Made by a program: the position numbers and the translations under genes
Shown: positions 19,408 through 28,751 of the stretch, piece after piece
Position numbering within the stretch: the first letter of the stretch is position 1
Layout: each line of letters begins with the position of its first letter
NCBI GenBank assembly: GCA_965263035.1
Contig: OZ253580.1
Coordinates: forward strand, 4,416,001-4,480,000
Reading direction: 5' to 3'
Length of the DNA stretch: 64,000 nucleotides
DNA from: Acidobacteriota bacterium
Lineage (GTDB): Bacteria; Acidobacteriota; UBA6911; RPQK01; JAJDTT01
Notes under the pieces: model-generated
Databases searched by the model: none
What the model saw: only the letters and a program-made list of their open reading frames with translations
What the model was told of the DNA's origin: nothing

Positions 19408-20738
19408 ATCAACTCCGACACCGGCTGGCCCGTTTCGTCGTCGATGGAGTTGGCGATCTTCACGGGGCGGCCGATGGGACTCATGTATTCCTTGTGCCAG
19501 TCGATGCCGAAGGCCTTGTAGAGGGTGGCGAACAGGTCCCCGATGGTGACCCTTCGCTCCGCCACGTAGGCTCCCCGGTCGTCGCTGGCGCCCACCACCT
19601 TGCCGCCTTCGATACCGCCCCCTCCCAGCAGCAGGGACCAGCAGTGGGGCCAATGGTCTCTTCCCAGCTTGGAGTTGTGGTGGGGACTGCGTCCGAACTC
19701 GCCCATGACCACCACGACGGTGGACTCCAGCAGGCCCCGCTGGTGGAGGTCCTCCAGCAGGACCGGCAGGGACTCGTCCAATTTTGCCGTCTGCTTGAGG
19801 TTCCGCCGGTCGTTGTGCGAGTGGGTGTCCCAGCCGTTGAGGTCGTGGCCGGCCGCCGTGATGAATCGGCTTCCCGACTCCACCAGGCGCCGGGCCAGAA
19901 GGAGGCTCTGGCCGAAGCTGGTGCGGCCGTAGGCGTCCCGGGTCTTCTCCGATTCCTGGCTCAGGTCGAAGGCTTGCCGCACCTCCGGCGCCGTGATCAT
20001 CTCCAGGGCCTGTTGGCTGAAACGGTCCATCTTGGTGTGCTCGGCGGCCTGGACCTTCTTCCGGTAGTAGCTGTCCACCAGGTTCAGGAAAGTCCGCCGG
20101 TCTTCCAGGTGTTCCCGGGTCAGGGTCTTGGGAAGAACGAGGTCGAGCACCTGGAAGTCCTTGTCGTTGGGGTTCCCCACCCGCATGGGATCGAACTCGG
20201 GCCCCAGAAACTGTCCCTTCTGGCAGTCGTAGTGCCGGTTTCCCACCTTGGCCGGAAGCACGACGTTGGGCGGGACATGGTTGATCCGACCCAGCTCCCG
20301 GCAGACGATGGACCCGATGCCGGGAAAGTCCATGGCCGGTGTGGGCCGGTGGCCGGTGAGGCCGTAGTAGATGGCCCTTTCGTGGTTCGGCTCCAGCGAC
20401 TGCATGGAGCGGATGATGGAGACCTTGTCCAAGTGCCGGGACATGTTGGGGAGGAGCTCGGAGATCCGGATGCCGGGCACATTGGTGGATATGGACCGAA
20501 AGCTGCTGTTGGGCTTGGGGTCCCACGTATCCATTTGGGCAGGCCCCCCCTCCAACCAGATGAGGATGCAAGAACGGGCCTTGGCCGGCGCGGCGTCCTT
20601 TCCCGCCTTGGCCATGAGGTGGGCGGCCTCCAGGTAACGGCTCAAGGACATTCCGAGGAGGCTCAGAGACCCTACCTTCAGGAAGGATCGCCTCGCCAGG
20701 ACGCCCGGAGTCGGCAACAGACACCCCGTATATTTCAT
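19404..20738 (-). CDS. DUF1501 domain-containing protein (Tat)
   Basis: ARRSFLKVG; ILIWLEGGPAQMDTWDPKP; GWDTH; GEFGRSP; GRDHWP. Confidence 0.92.
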   Translation of the reverse strand: MKYTGCLLPTPGVLARRSFLKVGSLSLLGMSLSRYLEAAHLMAKAGKDAAPAKARSCILIWLEGGPAQMDTWDPKPNSSFRSISTNVPGIRISELLPNMSRHLDKVSIIRSMQSLEPNHERAIYYGLTGHRPTPAMDFPGIGSIVCRELGRINHVPPNVVLPAKVGNRHYDCQKGQFLGPEFDPMRVGNPNDKDFQVLDLVLPKTLTREHLEDRRTFLNLVDSYYRKKVQAAEHTKMDRFSQQALEMITAPEVRQAFDLSQESEKTRDAYGRTSFGQSLLLARRLVESGSRFITAAGHDLNGWDTHSHNDRRNLKQTAKLDESLPVLLEDLHQRGLLESTVVVVMGEFGRSPHHNSKLGRDHWPHCWSLLLGGGGIEGGKVVGASDDRGAYVAERRVTIGDLFATLYKAFGIDWHKEYMSPIGRPVKIANSIDDETGQPVSELI

Positions 20739-20761
20739 GTCGTTTCTCTCAATTCGTCCGC

Positions 20762-23299
20762 TCAGTGGTTGTGGGCGAATTCCCGCGATGCCAAGAGCGC
20801 CCAGACCAGGTTCTTCAGACCCTCTCCCCGGGAGGGACTCCGCTGGATCAGTTGCTCCAGCCCGTCCCGCTCTTCCTGGCGGGGATAGCGGGTCAGGGCG
20901 GCGAGATAGAGCTCCTCGATGATCTCGGCGTCGGTGGCGCCGGTAGCCATCAGGCGCTCCAGACGGCTCCCCTCACGGGCGAGCTTCTCCGTATAGGTCG
21001 ATCCCACCAGGAGATGAAGCGCCTGATTCAGGCTGGGCTCGGCGCTCCGCTCCGGGACCTGCGCGCGATCGGTTCTCCCGTACATGTCCAAGAAGGCCGA
21101 GGGGAAGATGTCCGGCATGGTCAGCTCGATGGCCCGAGTGCCCGGCGGCGCCATTCCCTTGTCGGTGTTCTCGAAGGTCTGGGCCACTGCCGTCACCGAA
21201 GTCACGGCGTCCAGTAGAACTTCGGCGTCCAGCGGGCGGGGCAGGGAGTGGGAATAGTTGATTCGGTCTGCCTCCGAGCCGGGACGCGGCAGGGAGGAGA
21301 GCTGGTAAGTCTCCGATAGGACCATGCGGCGGAGCAACTGCTTCAGATCGTATCCCTGCTCCCGGAAATCGCGGGCCAGGATCTTCAGCAGCCGGGGATG
21401 AGTCGGAGGATTGGTCGATCGAAAGTCGTCCACCGGTTCCACCAGGCCTCGTCCGAAGATGGTGCCCCAGAAACGGTTGACCGCGGCTTCGGCGAACCAG
21501 GGGTGGTTGGTGACCCAACGGGCAAAGGTCTGGCGGGGACTGGAGTGGGCGTGAGCGGGGACCGGTGAGCCGTCGGGCAGGACCGGCTCCACTTCCCGGC
21601 CGGTGCGGGGATGAATGGTTTTCTTGCTGTTGGGGTCGGTGCCGAAATCGGGGTCGGGTCCCTCCGGGTCGTCGTAGATCAAGGAAGTGCCGAAACCGGA
21701 CCACTCGGACCGGGTGACCCGTTTGAAGAAGGCGGCCAAGCCCCAGAATTCGTCCTGGCTCCAGGATTCATAGGGATGGTTGTGGCACTGGGCGCAGTCC
21801 AGCCGCCGTCCCAGGAAGACCCGGAACTGCTCGGCCATGGCGTTCTCGGGCCTGGTGACGACCCCGTTCTGCAGATAGTGGCGCGAGGCCCCGTCGTAGC
21901 CCTGGGCCGTGATCCGTTCACGGGCCAGCTGGTCGTAGGGTTTGTTGGTGGCCACCGAATCCCGGATCCATTGCCAGTAAACGTGGCCGTGCTCGGCCAT
22001 GCCGGTGGCGGTCTGGCCGACCCGCATCAGGTCGGCCAGACGGAAGGTCCAGTAGTCGGTGAACTCCAACGACTCCAGAAGAAGGTCCACCAGCTGCTCC
22101 CGCTTGTCCGGGTCCCGGCTGGCCAGAAACTCGCGGACCCGATGGGGAGGGGGCAGGGTCCCGGTCAGATCCAGGCAGATGCGCCGGAGAAACTCGGCAT
22201 CGGTGGAACGGCGCGCGGGCCGGAGGTGGAACTTCCGCAGTTTGGCCAGCACGTGCTCGTCGATGTAGTTGCGCGAGGCGTAGGTGACGGAGTCGGTCAC
22301 GGCATCGGCGATGACTCCGATCCGAGCGTTCACCACGTGACCCGGAGCCCGCACCAGGACGCTGGTTTCGCCCGGACTCACGCCTCGGATCGTGCCCTGG
22401 GAATCCACCTTCACCGTCTCCAGGTTGGAGGATTCATACCGCACCTGGTCGGTCACGTCCTCGCGGGAACCGTCCGGAAGATGCGCCAGCACCACCAGCC
22501 CGTGGCGGGACCCGGATTCCAGGACCACCTTGGAAGGAAGGACCTCCAGGCGCCGGATCTTCCCCGCCGTCTCGGCCGATTCGTCACCGTAGCGGGCGCC
22601 CTGCCGGATCCAGTCCAGCAGCGCCCGGTAGTCCGTCGAGTCCGAGGATAGGCGTTCCCCGCCGCCGTGGGGGATTTGGAGCGCGGGTTTCTGCAGCAGG
22701 AGGCTCCGATCCGGAGCGTCCAGGTCAACGCGGGGCTCAATGGCGCCGCCCGCCTCGGTGCTCATGACCTGATAGTCTCCGCCCTGGACGATCCAGCGGT
22801 AGTCGTCGCGGGGATGGAGGGCGTCGATGGAGAGCTTGAAGCCGGCTCGGCCCTTGACTCCGCCATGACAGTCGCTGGAGTTGCATCCCCGTTTGGTGAG
22901 GATGGTTCCGATGTCCCGCGAAAAGCTGAAGGGTCTTAGCACCCCATTCTTGGAGACTCTTATCGAGGCCCGGGCCGTCAACTCGCCCATGCGGACCTGG
23001 AGCGTGGTCTCTCCTGCCGCCAGGGAAGTCACTCGTCCCGCCGGGTCCACTTGGGCGACTCCGCCCGAAGCCAGGGAAAACCGGCTCTGGGAGGTGACGT
23101 CTCGCTCCAGACCGTCGGCTCCCCGTCCCAGGACCAGAATGCGTTGAGAGGCGCCGGTGTTCGGGAGCACGACCTCTTCCGGCAGTAGTTGCAGCGTCAG
23201 GACGGCCGGCGAGGCGGCCGGCGCCGGGGTCAGAGCGCCCAGGAGAACGGTTGCCATGACGCAGGAGAACAGAATTCCGACCAAGCTCGGTGACTTCAT
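20762..23299 (-). CDS. DUF1549/DUF1553 (PSCyt2/PSD1) protein with Ig-like domains
   Basis: GCNSSDCHGG, PHGGG, EFLRRICLDLTG, CAQCHNHP, VNRFWG..FGRGLVEPVDD, C-terminal WALLASREF. Confidence 0.9.
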   Translation of the reverse strand: MKSPSLVGILFSCVMATVLLGALTPAPAASPAVLTLQLLPEEVVLPNTGASQRILVLGRGADGLERDVTSQSRFSLASGGVAQVDPAGRVTSLAAGETTLQVRMGELTARASIRVSKNGVLRPFSFSRDIGTILTKRGCNSSDCHGGVKGRAGFKLSIDALHPRDDYRWIVQGGDYQVMSTEAGGAIEPRVDLDAPDRSLLLQKPALQIPHGGGERLSSDSTDYRALLDWIRQGARYGDESAETAGKIRRLEVLPSKVVLESGSRHGLVVLAHLPDGSREDVTDQVRYESSNLETVKVDSQGTIRGVSPGETSVLVRAPGHVVNARIGVIADAVTDSVTYASRNYIDEHVLAKLRKFHLRPARRSTDAEFLRRICLDLTGTLPPPHRVREFLASRDPDKREQLVDLLLESLEFTDYWTFRLADLMRVGQTATGMAEHGHVYWQWIRDSVATNKPYDQLARERITAQGYDGASRHYLQNGVVTRPENAMAEQFRVFLGRRLDCAQCHNHPYESWSQDEFWGLAAFFKRVTRSEWSGFGTSLIYDDPEGPDPDFGTDPNSKKTIHPRTGREVEPVLPDGSPVPAHAHSSPRQTFARWVTNHPWFAEAAVNRFWGTIFGRGLVEPVDDFRSTNPPTHPRLLKILARDFREQGYDLKQLLRRMVLSETYQLSSLPRPGSEADRINYSHSLPRPLDAEVLLDAVTSVTAVAQTFENTDKGMAPPGTRAIELTMPDIFPSAFLDMYGRTDRAQVPERSAEPSLNQALHLLVGSTYTEKLAREGSRLERLMATGATDAEIIEELYLAALTRYPRQEERDGLEQLIQRSPSRGEGLKNLVWALLASREFAHNH

Positions 23300-25302
23300 G
23301 GGGCCAACGCCACCTCCTGCGGGTCGGTAATGGCTACGGTGTTCTCAGGTGAGTCCAGGATCAGAAGAGGAATTCTGCCCGCTATGATCGGGGGACCGGT
23401 CCGGTTCTCCGACATGGGGCGGGCCCGGATCCTCAGGAACCGGGGCAGGGAAGTGGGTTGAACCTCGGAATCCGCTCGCAGTAACAGCGTGACCGCCTGC
23501 CGCTTTGGACGATGGGTCTTGGGGTCCACGATATGTTCCCCCGGCGGCCGATACTGGATGCCTTGGATCAGCAGCGCACTCCAACTGGCCGGAGTGGCGG
23601 CCTGGACCTGTATTCCGTCCGGCAGGCCGTCGACTTCGACCAGAATCCCTCCGTCGAAGCCTTCCTCCAGGTCGGCCACCAGGGTCAGGCTCCTGGATTC
23701 ACCCGGCTTCAGGTTGAGGCGGTCCGTGATCTCGATGAGCTGGGACGACACCGAGAAGACGCCCAAAGAGAACTCCATCCGGCCCACGTGGGGAACCTGC
23801 GGCCGGATCAGTACCCGATACTGGAATTCGTCTCCCCAGGCGTGGTCGGTCAGGTCCCGGACCAACAGCCAATAGTCGCCTTCCTCCTCGAAGGTGTGCA
23901 GTGTCTTCCGCTCGATGGTCTTGTTGGGATCGATGCCGTTGCCGCCGTATTCCCGGTAGATATTGTGGGCCACCACCTCCCCCTGGGCGTCCAACACCTT
24001 GAGCCAGGGACTGAAGTGGGGGGGAGCGAGCCGGGGCGTCTCGACCTCCAGGGCCAGCGCCTGTCCCGCGGTGACCCGGAACCGGAAACGGTCCACGTCG
24101 CCGGGAAAGTCGATGCGGCCCTCGGCGAAGCCGGGCAAAGTCAACTCCTGGGCGGCCTCCGCCGTGTCGTTGGGCTCGTGATCCCGGATGGAGGACATTG
24201 GGGGCGAGGTATCGCTTCCAGGCGAGGAGGCGGCCACCGATCGGGTTCTCAACTCGGCCAGCCGGTCGTCGCCCAGTCGCCGGTAGAAACTCCCGAACTG
24301 GCGCAGGGTCGAGGAATCCCTCTCCAGCCAGTCTGCCGGGTCGGCGTGGGCCGGTTGGCCGAAGCCGCCGATCACGCGGCGCGAGACCATCTCGTTCCGG
24401 GCCGGTCCGACCCGCAACTGATAGCCGTTGTCCCGGCTCCGCCCCAGAAACGTGCCCACGGACAGCAGATAGCGTCCCGCCTTCTCGAAACGGTGCTCCA
24501 AGAGGGGGTGCAGGACGAACTGGGTCACGAAGTCGCGGCGGTCGAACCACGAACTCCGGACCCGGATCGGCTCCCAGGAAAGGCGCGGACCCTTCAGGAC
24601 CAGGGGACGCGCCCGGTCGGTCCCGAACCAGCTCTGGTGGGGCTCGTAGAGCCGAACCTCGGTCTGTGCCCAGTAATTGACGCCCAGCTCGAATCCGGAC
24701 AGCACCTGGAAGGCCAACGTCTCGCCCGCCTCCACCTCGAAGGAGTAGTAGTCCAGTTCTCCCTTCTCCTCGATGGTCCCGTTGACGATGGCCGGGAGGC
24801 GCAGTTCCTGGGCCTGCGAGGGTCGATGGTGAGGAGATTTCTCTTCGTTCTGGAGCGGTTGATCCACGAGATGCAGGCTCAGGGAGTTGGAGAGGCCTGT
24901 GGGACCCACGAGGCGGAAGTGATGCAGTCCGGGACGAGTGTCGGGGGAGGTCAGCACTTCCAGCACGGCCAGAAATTCCAGCTCCTGCCCGTCCTGTCCC
25001 AGAAGGGCCAATGTCCTCTTCCTGTAGTACTGGTCTTCGTCCAGTTCCCCCGTCTCCGCGATCTCCTTCACCGCCAGGACCCGGGCTTGAACATCGTCAC
25101 ATTCGAACCAGACGGTGTGGGCACCTGGAAGGCGCTTTCCCCGCACCCGGATCTCGAAAGGAGTGCCTATGGACCCGCCCAGAGGGTGGTGGGAACGCAA
25201 CTCGGGGTCCGAGGGCTGGGGCTTGTCATTGGCATGAGCGCCCTGAAAGCTCCAAACGGCGAGCCAGAGAACGCTCCCTGCCAGATGGCGTTGCAATTGC
25301 AT
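23296..25302 (-). CDS. secreted pre-peptidase C-terminal (PPC)-like domain protein
   Basis: Signal peptide; HEPNDT..AQ.L.LP...EGRI..PGDVD.F.F repeats; overlaps the DUF1549 gene start (ATGA). Alternative start at 25329. Confidence 0.75.
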   Translation of the reverse strand: MQLQRHLAGSVLWLAVWSFQGAHANDKPQPSDPELRSHHPLGGSIGTPFEIRVRGKRLPGAHTVWFECDDVQARVLAVKEIAETGELDEDQYYRKRTLALLGQDGQELEFLAVLEVLTSPDTRPGLHHFRLVGPTGLSNSLSLHLVDQPLQNEEKSPHHRPSQAQELRLPAIVNGTIEEKGELDYYSFEVEAGETLAFQVLSGFELGVNYWAQTEVRLYEPHQSWFGTDRARPLVLKGPRLSWEPIRVRSSWFDRRDFVTQFVLHPLLEHRFEKAGRYLLSVGTFLGRSRDNGYQLRVGPARNEMVSRRVIGGFGQPAHADPADWLERDSSTLRQFGSFYRRLGDDRLAELRTRSVAASSPGSDTSPPMSSIRDHEPNDTAEAAQELTLPGFAEGRIDFPGDVDRFRFRVTAGQALALEVETPRLAPPHFSPWLKVLDAQGEVVAHNIYREYGGNGIDPNKTIERKTLHTFEEEGDYWLLVRDLTDHAWGDEFQYRVLIRPQVPHVGRMEFSLGVFSVSSQLIEITDRLNLKPGESRSLTLVADLEEGFDGGILVEVDGLPDGIQVQAATPASWSALLIQGIQYRPPGEHIVDPKTHRPKRQAVTLLLRADSEVQPTSLPRFLRIRARPMSENRTGPPIIAGRIPLLILDSPENTVAITDPQEVALAP

Positions 25303-25433
25303 GGATTTGAAACACTCCCTCGGATGCAACTTTGGGCGCGATTATATCCCGAACCCGCTCCCCCCTACCACCGTTCCTCAGGTTCCGGGTCAAGTGGGTC
25401 GAATGGTCTCAAGCCGCCGATTCGGTCCAAAGA

Positions 25434-25458
25434 GGGCACCCACGAGGGGTGCCCCTAC
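25434..25458 (-). repeat. GTAG-type REP hairpin
   Basis: Minus strand GTAG-GGGCACCC-CTCGT-GGGTGCCC; its TAG is the sulfatase stop codon. Confidence 0.7.
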
Positions 25459-26957
25459 CGGATTTGACGTCGAGGCTCTCCCCGGTCCCATTCCCGGGCC
25501 ATGCGCTTCAGTTCCGCCACCACGCCGTTGTAGGCGGGGTCGCCGTACAGATTGCGCTGCTCCCAGGGATCGTTCCGGAGCTGGTAGAGGGACCCGTCCT
25601 CTTCCGGGATCCGCTCGTCCATGAAGAAGACCAGCTTCCATTCCCGGGTCCGGACCATGACCCGCCGCCCGCCGCCGCGGCGGAGTTCCTCGTAGGCGTC
25701 TTCGCTGTGATCGTGCTCGGAAAAGCAGGCCCGGCGCCATTCCCGGACCTCACCCCGGATCAAGGGCAGCAGACTCCGTCCTCGAATCCCGGCGGGCGGA
25801 TCGAAACCGGACAGTTCCAGCAGGGTCGGAAGGAAATCCACCATCTCCACCGGCTCCGTCACCACCTTTCCCTGAGGCAGCAGCCCAGGCGCCCTCAGGA
25901 TGAAGGGGACTTTTACATTGGTGTCGTAGAAATCCCGTTTCTTCCAGGTGCGGTGTTCTCCCAGCTGGAACCCTTGATCCGAGTTGATGACGATGATGGT
26001 GTGATCCAGGCGCCCGGCCTGTTCCAGGACCGAAAGCAGCTGCCCCACCTCCCGGTCCACGGCCCGGATCATGCCGTAGTAGGTTCCGCGGGCCAGCCCG
26101 ATCTCTTCTTGAGTGAGGTGGGGAGCGCCGCTGTAGACGTGGATGTTCTCCCGTTCGTACCGGGGCTTTCCCCCGATCTCCTCGGGTGTCGGAAGCGGCA
26201 GATCGATCCGGCTGGGGTCGACGAAATAGGAGGGCGTGGTGGAGCAGGCGACGTGCGGCGCATGGAAGGAGACGCGCAGGAAGAAGGGCTCCGGCGATCG
26301 GACCAGATCCCGCAGGCGGCCGAGCGCCAAGTCCCCCAACCGGGCCGTCCGGATCTGGCCGGGGGGAATGTCGAGCAGGCCTCCGATCATCCACCGATGG
26401 GTCTTGGTTCGGACCACCGAGAGGAGACGGCGATGCCACTCGGGGGGCAGGTGCGAGGTAGGCCGTCCCCGGTTGTCCAGAAAGCGGGGAGCATCGCCCA
26501 GTAGACGCCAATCCTCTCGGAAGGCGTGGGCCTTCCCCACGTTCTCGGGAGTGATTCCAGCCATGCTCCACGCATTGAGAAGATTCGGGTATCTGTTCAG
26601 AGATCTGGTCCGGTAGCGTCCGGGCGTCGAAGCCGGTTTTCCCATGGCCATAACGCCAGTCTGATGGGCGTAGAGACCCGATTTCATGGAGGTCCGGGAA
26701 GGGACGCAGACCGGATTCTGGACGATGGCCGTTTCGAAACGGACTCCCTCCCGTGCGATGCGGTCCATGTGAGGCGTATCGGCCCAGGATCGGCCGTAGC
26801 AACTCAGCGTATCCGCCCGCGCGTCGTCCAGCATGATCCAGAGGATGCTGGGAGGAGCGGACGAAGCGGCGCGGACGTTACCCATAGAGGCGAGCAGGGC
26901 CGAACACAGTAACATCAATCCCGTAAGCTTCCGGTGAGTCCGTTCCGGAGCCTTCAT
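25455..26957 (-). CDS. sulfatase (formylglycine-dependent, Cys type)
   Basis: ILWIMLDD, CVPSR (CxPxR), GKAH, SFHAPH, SDQG...GEH. Confidence 0.9.
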   Translation of the reverse strand: MKAPERTHRKLTGLMLLCSALLASMGNVRAASSAPPSILWIMLDDARADTLSCYGRSWADTPHMDRIAREGVRFETAIVQNPVCVPSRTSMKSGLYAHQTGVMAMGKPASTPGRYRTRSLNRYPNLLNAWSMAGITPENVGKAHAFREDWRLLGDAPRFLDNRGRPTSHLPPEWHRRLLSVVRTKTHRWMIGGLLDIPPGQIRTARLGDLALGRLRDLVRSPEPFFLRVSFHAPHVACSTTPSYFVDPSRIDLPLPTPEEIGGKPRYERENIHVYSGAPHLTQEEIGLARGTYYGMIRAVDREVGQLLSVLEQAGRLDHTIIVINSDQGFQLGEHRTWKKRDFYDTNVKVPFILRAPGLLPQGKVVTEPVEMVDFLPTLLELSGFDPPAGIRGRSLLPLIRGEVREWRRACFSEHDHSEDAYEELRRGGGRRVMVRTREWKLVFFMDERIPEEDGSLYQLRNDPWEQRNLYGDPAYNGVVAELKRMAREWDRGEPRRQIR

Positions 26958-27000
26958 GGGTTCAGCTCGGGATCCGGCATTCTGTGATTTCCCTCCAGCG

Positions 27001-28545
27001 TCACGGAAATTTCGGCTGGCCACCCCTCCGCTGGGGCCAGGGTTGGTTCAGATCCAGCACGACCGGATCTTCGACTTCCTTCATGCGCGCCCGCAACCGG
27101 TCCCACATTTTCCGGACCTGCTCCTGATACTCCGGCAGAAAATACAGGTTCTTCATCTCTTTGGGGTCGCGGCCCAGGTGGTAGAGCTCTCCATCCCCGG
27201 CGTCGCTCACGGTCATCTTCCATCCCTCGGGCGTGATCAGGGTCCGGTGGTGATAGATGTGCCGCGCGTTCCAGGGCGGGGCGTAGCCCGGTTCGTCGCC
27301 GACGACCAGAATGTCCCGGTCGGGGAACTCCCTTCCCGTACGCAGGTCGTCAGCCCAGCTCTCTCCCTGCAGGTGGTCCGGCAACGGTTGCCCCATCAGG
27401 TCCAGCAGAGTCGGCGTCACGTCCACTTGGCTCACCGGCTTCTTGATGCGCCGCGAGCGGTCCCACAGGCCCGGCACCGAAAGCAGAAACGGAACCGTCG
27501 CTGCCTCCTCGTAGCTGTTCATCTTGGACATGAGGCGGTGGTCGCCCATCATCTCGCCGTGCTCGCTGGTGAAGACGACGATGGTGTTCTGTTCCAGCCC
27601 CAACTCCCGCAGCCGCTCCAGCACGCGCCCCACCATCTCGTCCACCAGGGTGACCAGGCCCCAGTAGCGGGCCATGGCCTCCCTCAGCTCCTGGACGGTC
27701 TGGGGATAGGCGATGGGAAGCTCCCCCCGAGCCAACGCCAGCCGCATCAACCGCTTGGCGAAGGATACGGTGGGGTCCATCTCTTCGAAAAAGGAATCCG
27801 GGATCGGCATGTCGGCCGGGTCGTAAAGGTCCCCGTAGACGTTGGTGAAGGGAGGCCCCTGCTTGTGATCGGCGAAGGCGTGGGGCTCCAGGAAGCTCAA
27901 ATAGAGGACGAAGGGCCGGTCCCGGTGCTGCTCCAGGAACCGGATTCCCCGCTGGGCCAGGTAGACGGGCTTGGAGAGTTCCTTGGACAAGCGGTTGGTC
28001 AGGTCCCGGGAGTGGCCGTAGGGGGTGTCCGCCTCGATCCCCTTCTGCTTCAGGAAGTGGTAGTAGCCGGAGCGCTGGGAATGATCCTGGTCCTCGGACC
28101 ACCACTTCCGATAGATCTCGGTGCTGTCGAAGTCGGTGAAGCCGCGCTGCCTGAAGATCTCGTTTCCCAGGTGCCACTTGCCGTAGTAGGCCGAGGCGTA
28201 CTCGGGGTCCCGGAGCATCTCCACCAGAATGGGGACCTTGGGATCCAGGGGGATGCTGTTCATCCAGGAGCCGTGCTTGTTGGGGTAAAGGCCGGTCAGC
28301 AGACTGGCCCGGGAGGGGGTGCAGACCGGATTGACCACGTAGAAGGAGTCGAAGACGAAGCTTCGGCGAGCCATGCGGTCCAGGTGGGGTGTCCGGATCT
28401 GCGTGTTGCCGTAGGCGCCCAGGGTGTCCACCCGCTGTTGGTCGGTCAGGAATACGATCAGGTTCGGCGGCTTCTTCCCGGCTTCCGCGACGGGCGAACC
28501 AGGGAGAAACACTGCGATCAGGCAAGTCAGAAACCAGTGCGGCAT
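27001..28545 (-). CDS. sulfatase (formylglycine-dependent, Cys type), secreted
   Basis: Signal peptide; PNLIVFLTDQQR, CTPSRASLLTG, GKWHLG, EPH, SEHGEMMGDH. Confidence 0.93.
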   Translation of the reverse strand: MPHWFLTCLIAVFLPGSPVAEAGKKPPNLIVFLTDQQRVDTLGAYGNTQIRTPHLDRMARRSFVFDSFYVVNPVCTPSRASLLTGLYPNKHGSWMNSIPLDPKVPILVEMLRDPEYASAYYGKWHLGNEIFRQRGFTDFDSTEIYRKWWSEDQDHSQRSGYYHFLKQKGIEADTPYGHSRDLTNRLSKELSKPVYLAQRGIRFLEQHRDRPFVLYLSFLEPHAFADHKQGPPFTNVYGDLYDPADMPIPDSFFEEMDPTVSFAKRLMRLALARGELPIAYPQTVQELREAMARYWGLVTLVDEMVGRVLERLRELGLEQNTIVVFTSEHGEMMGDHRLMSKMNSYEEAATVPFLLSVPGLWDRSRRIKKPVSQVDVTPTLLDLMGQPLPDHLQGESWADDLRTGREFPDRDILVVGDEPGYAPPWNARHIYHHRTLITPEGWKMTVSDAGDGELYHLGRDPKEMKNLYFLPEYQEQVRKMWDRLRARMKEVEDPVVLDLNQPWPQRRGGQPKFP

Positions 28546-28600
28546 GTTCGTCTCCAGGGAGATGCGAGTCTCATCAGATCACCCTACTGCCGAGAATGAT

Positions 28601-28722
28601 GTAGGGGCGCCGTGGAGGAGCGGCTTCCAGGCGCCCGTTCTCTTCTGGCTCGCCGTGTTCTTCCGGAGCTCGGCGGCAAGAAAGCCGCCGCTCCCATTCG
28701 GCGGCAGGAAAGCCGCCGCTCC
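28601..28722. repeat. cluster of REP-like hairpins
   Basis: GTAGGGGCGCC at 28601; tandem CGGCGGCA(A/G)GAAAGCCGCCGCTCC units at 28671-28694 and 28699-28722. Confidence 0.7.
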
Positions 28723-28751
28723 TGTCCGGAATAGAATAGTCCATTCCCACG

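Noticed and set aside
28601-28722. CRISPR array
   Set aside because: Only two 24-bp palindromic units with a 4-bp gap, no spacers and no cas genes; REP-like instead.
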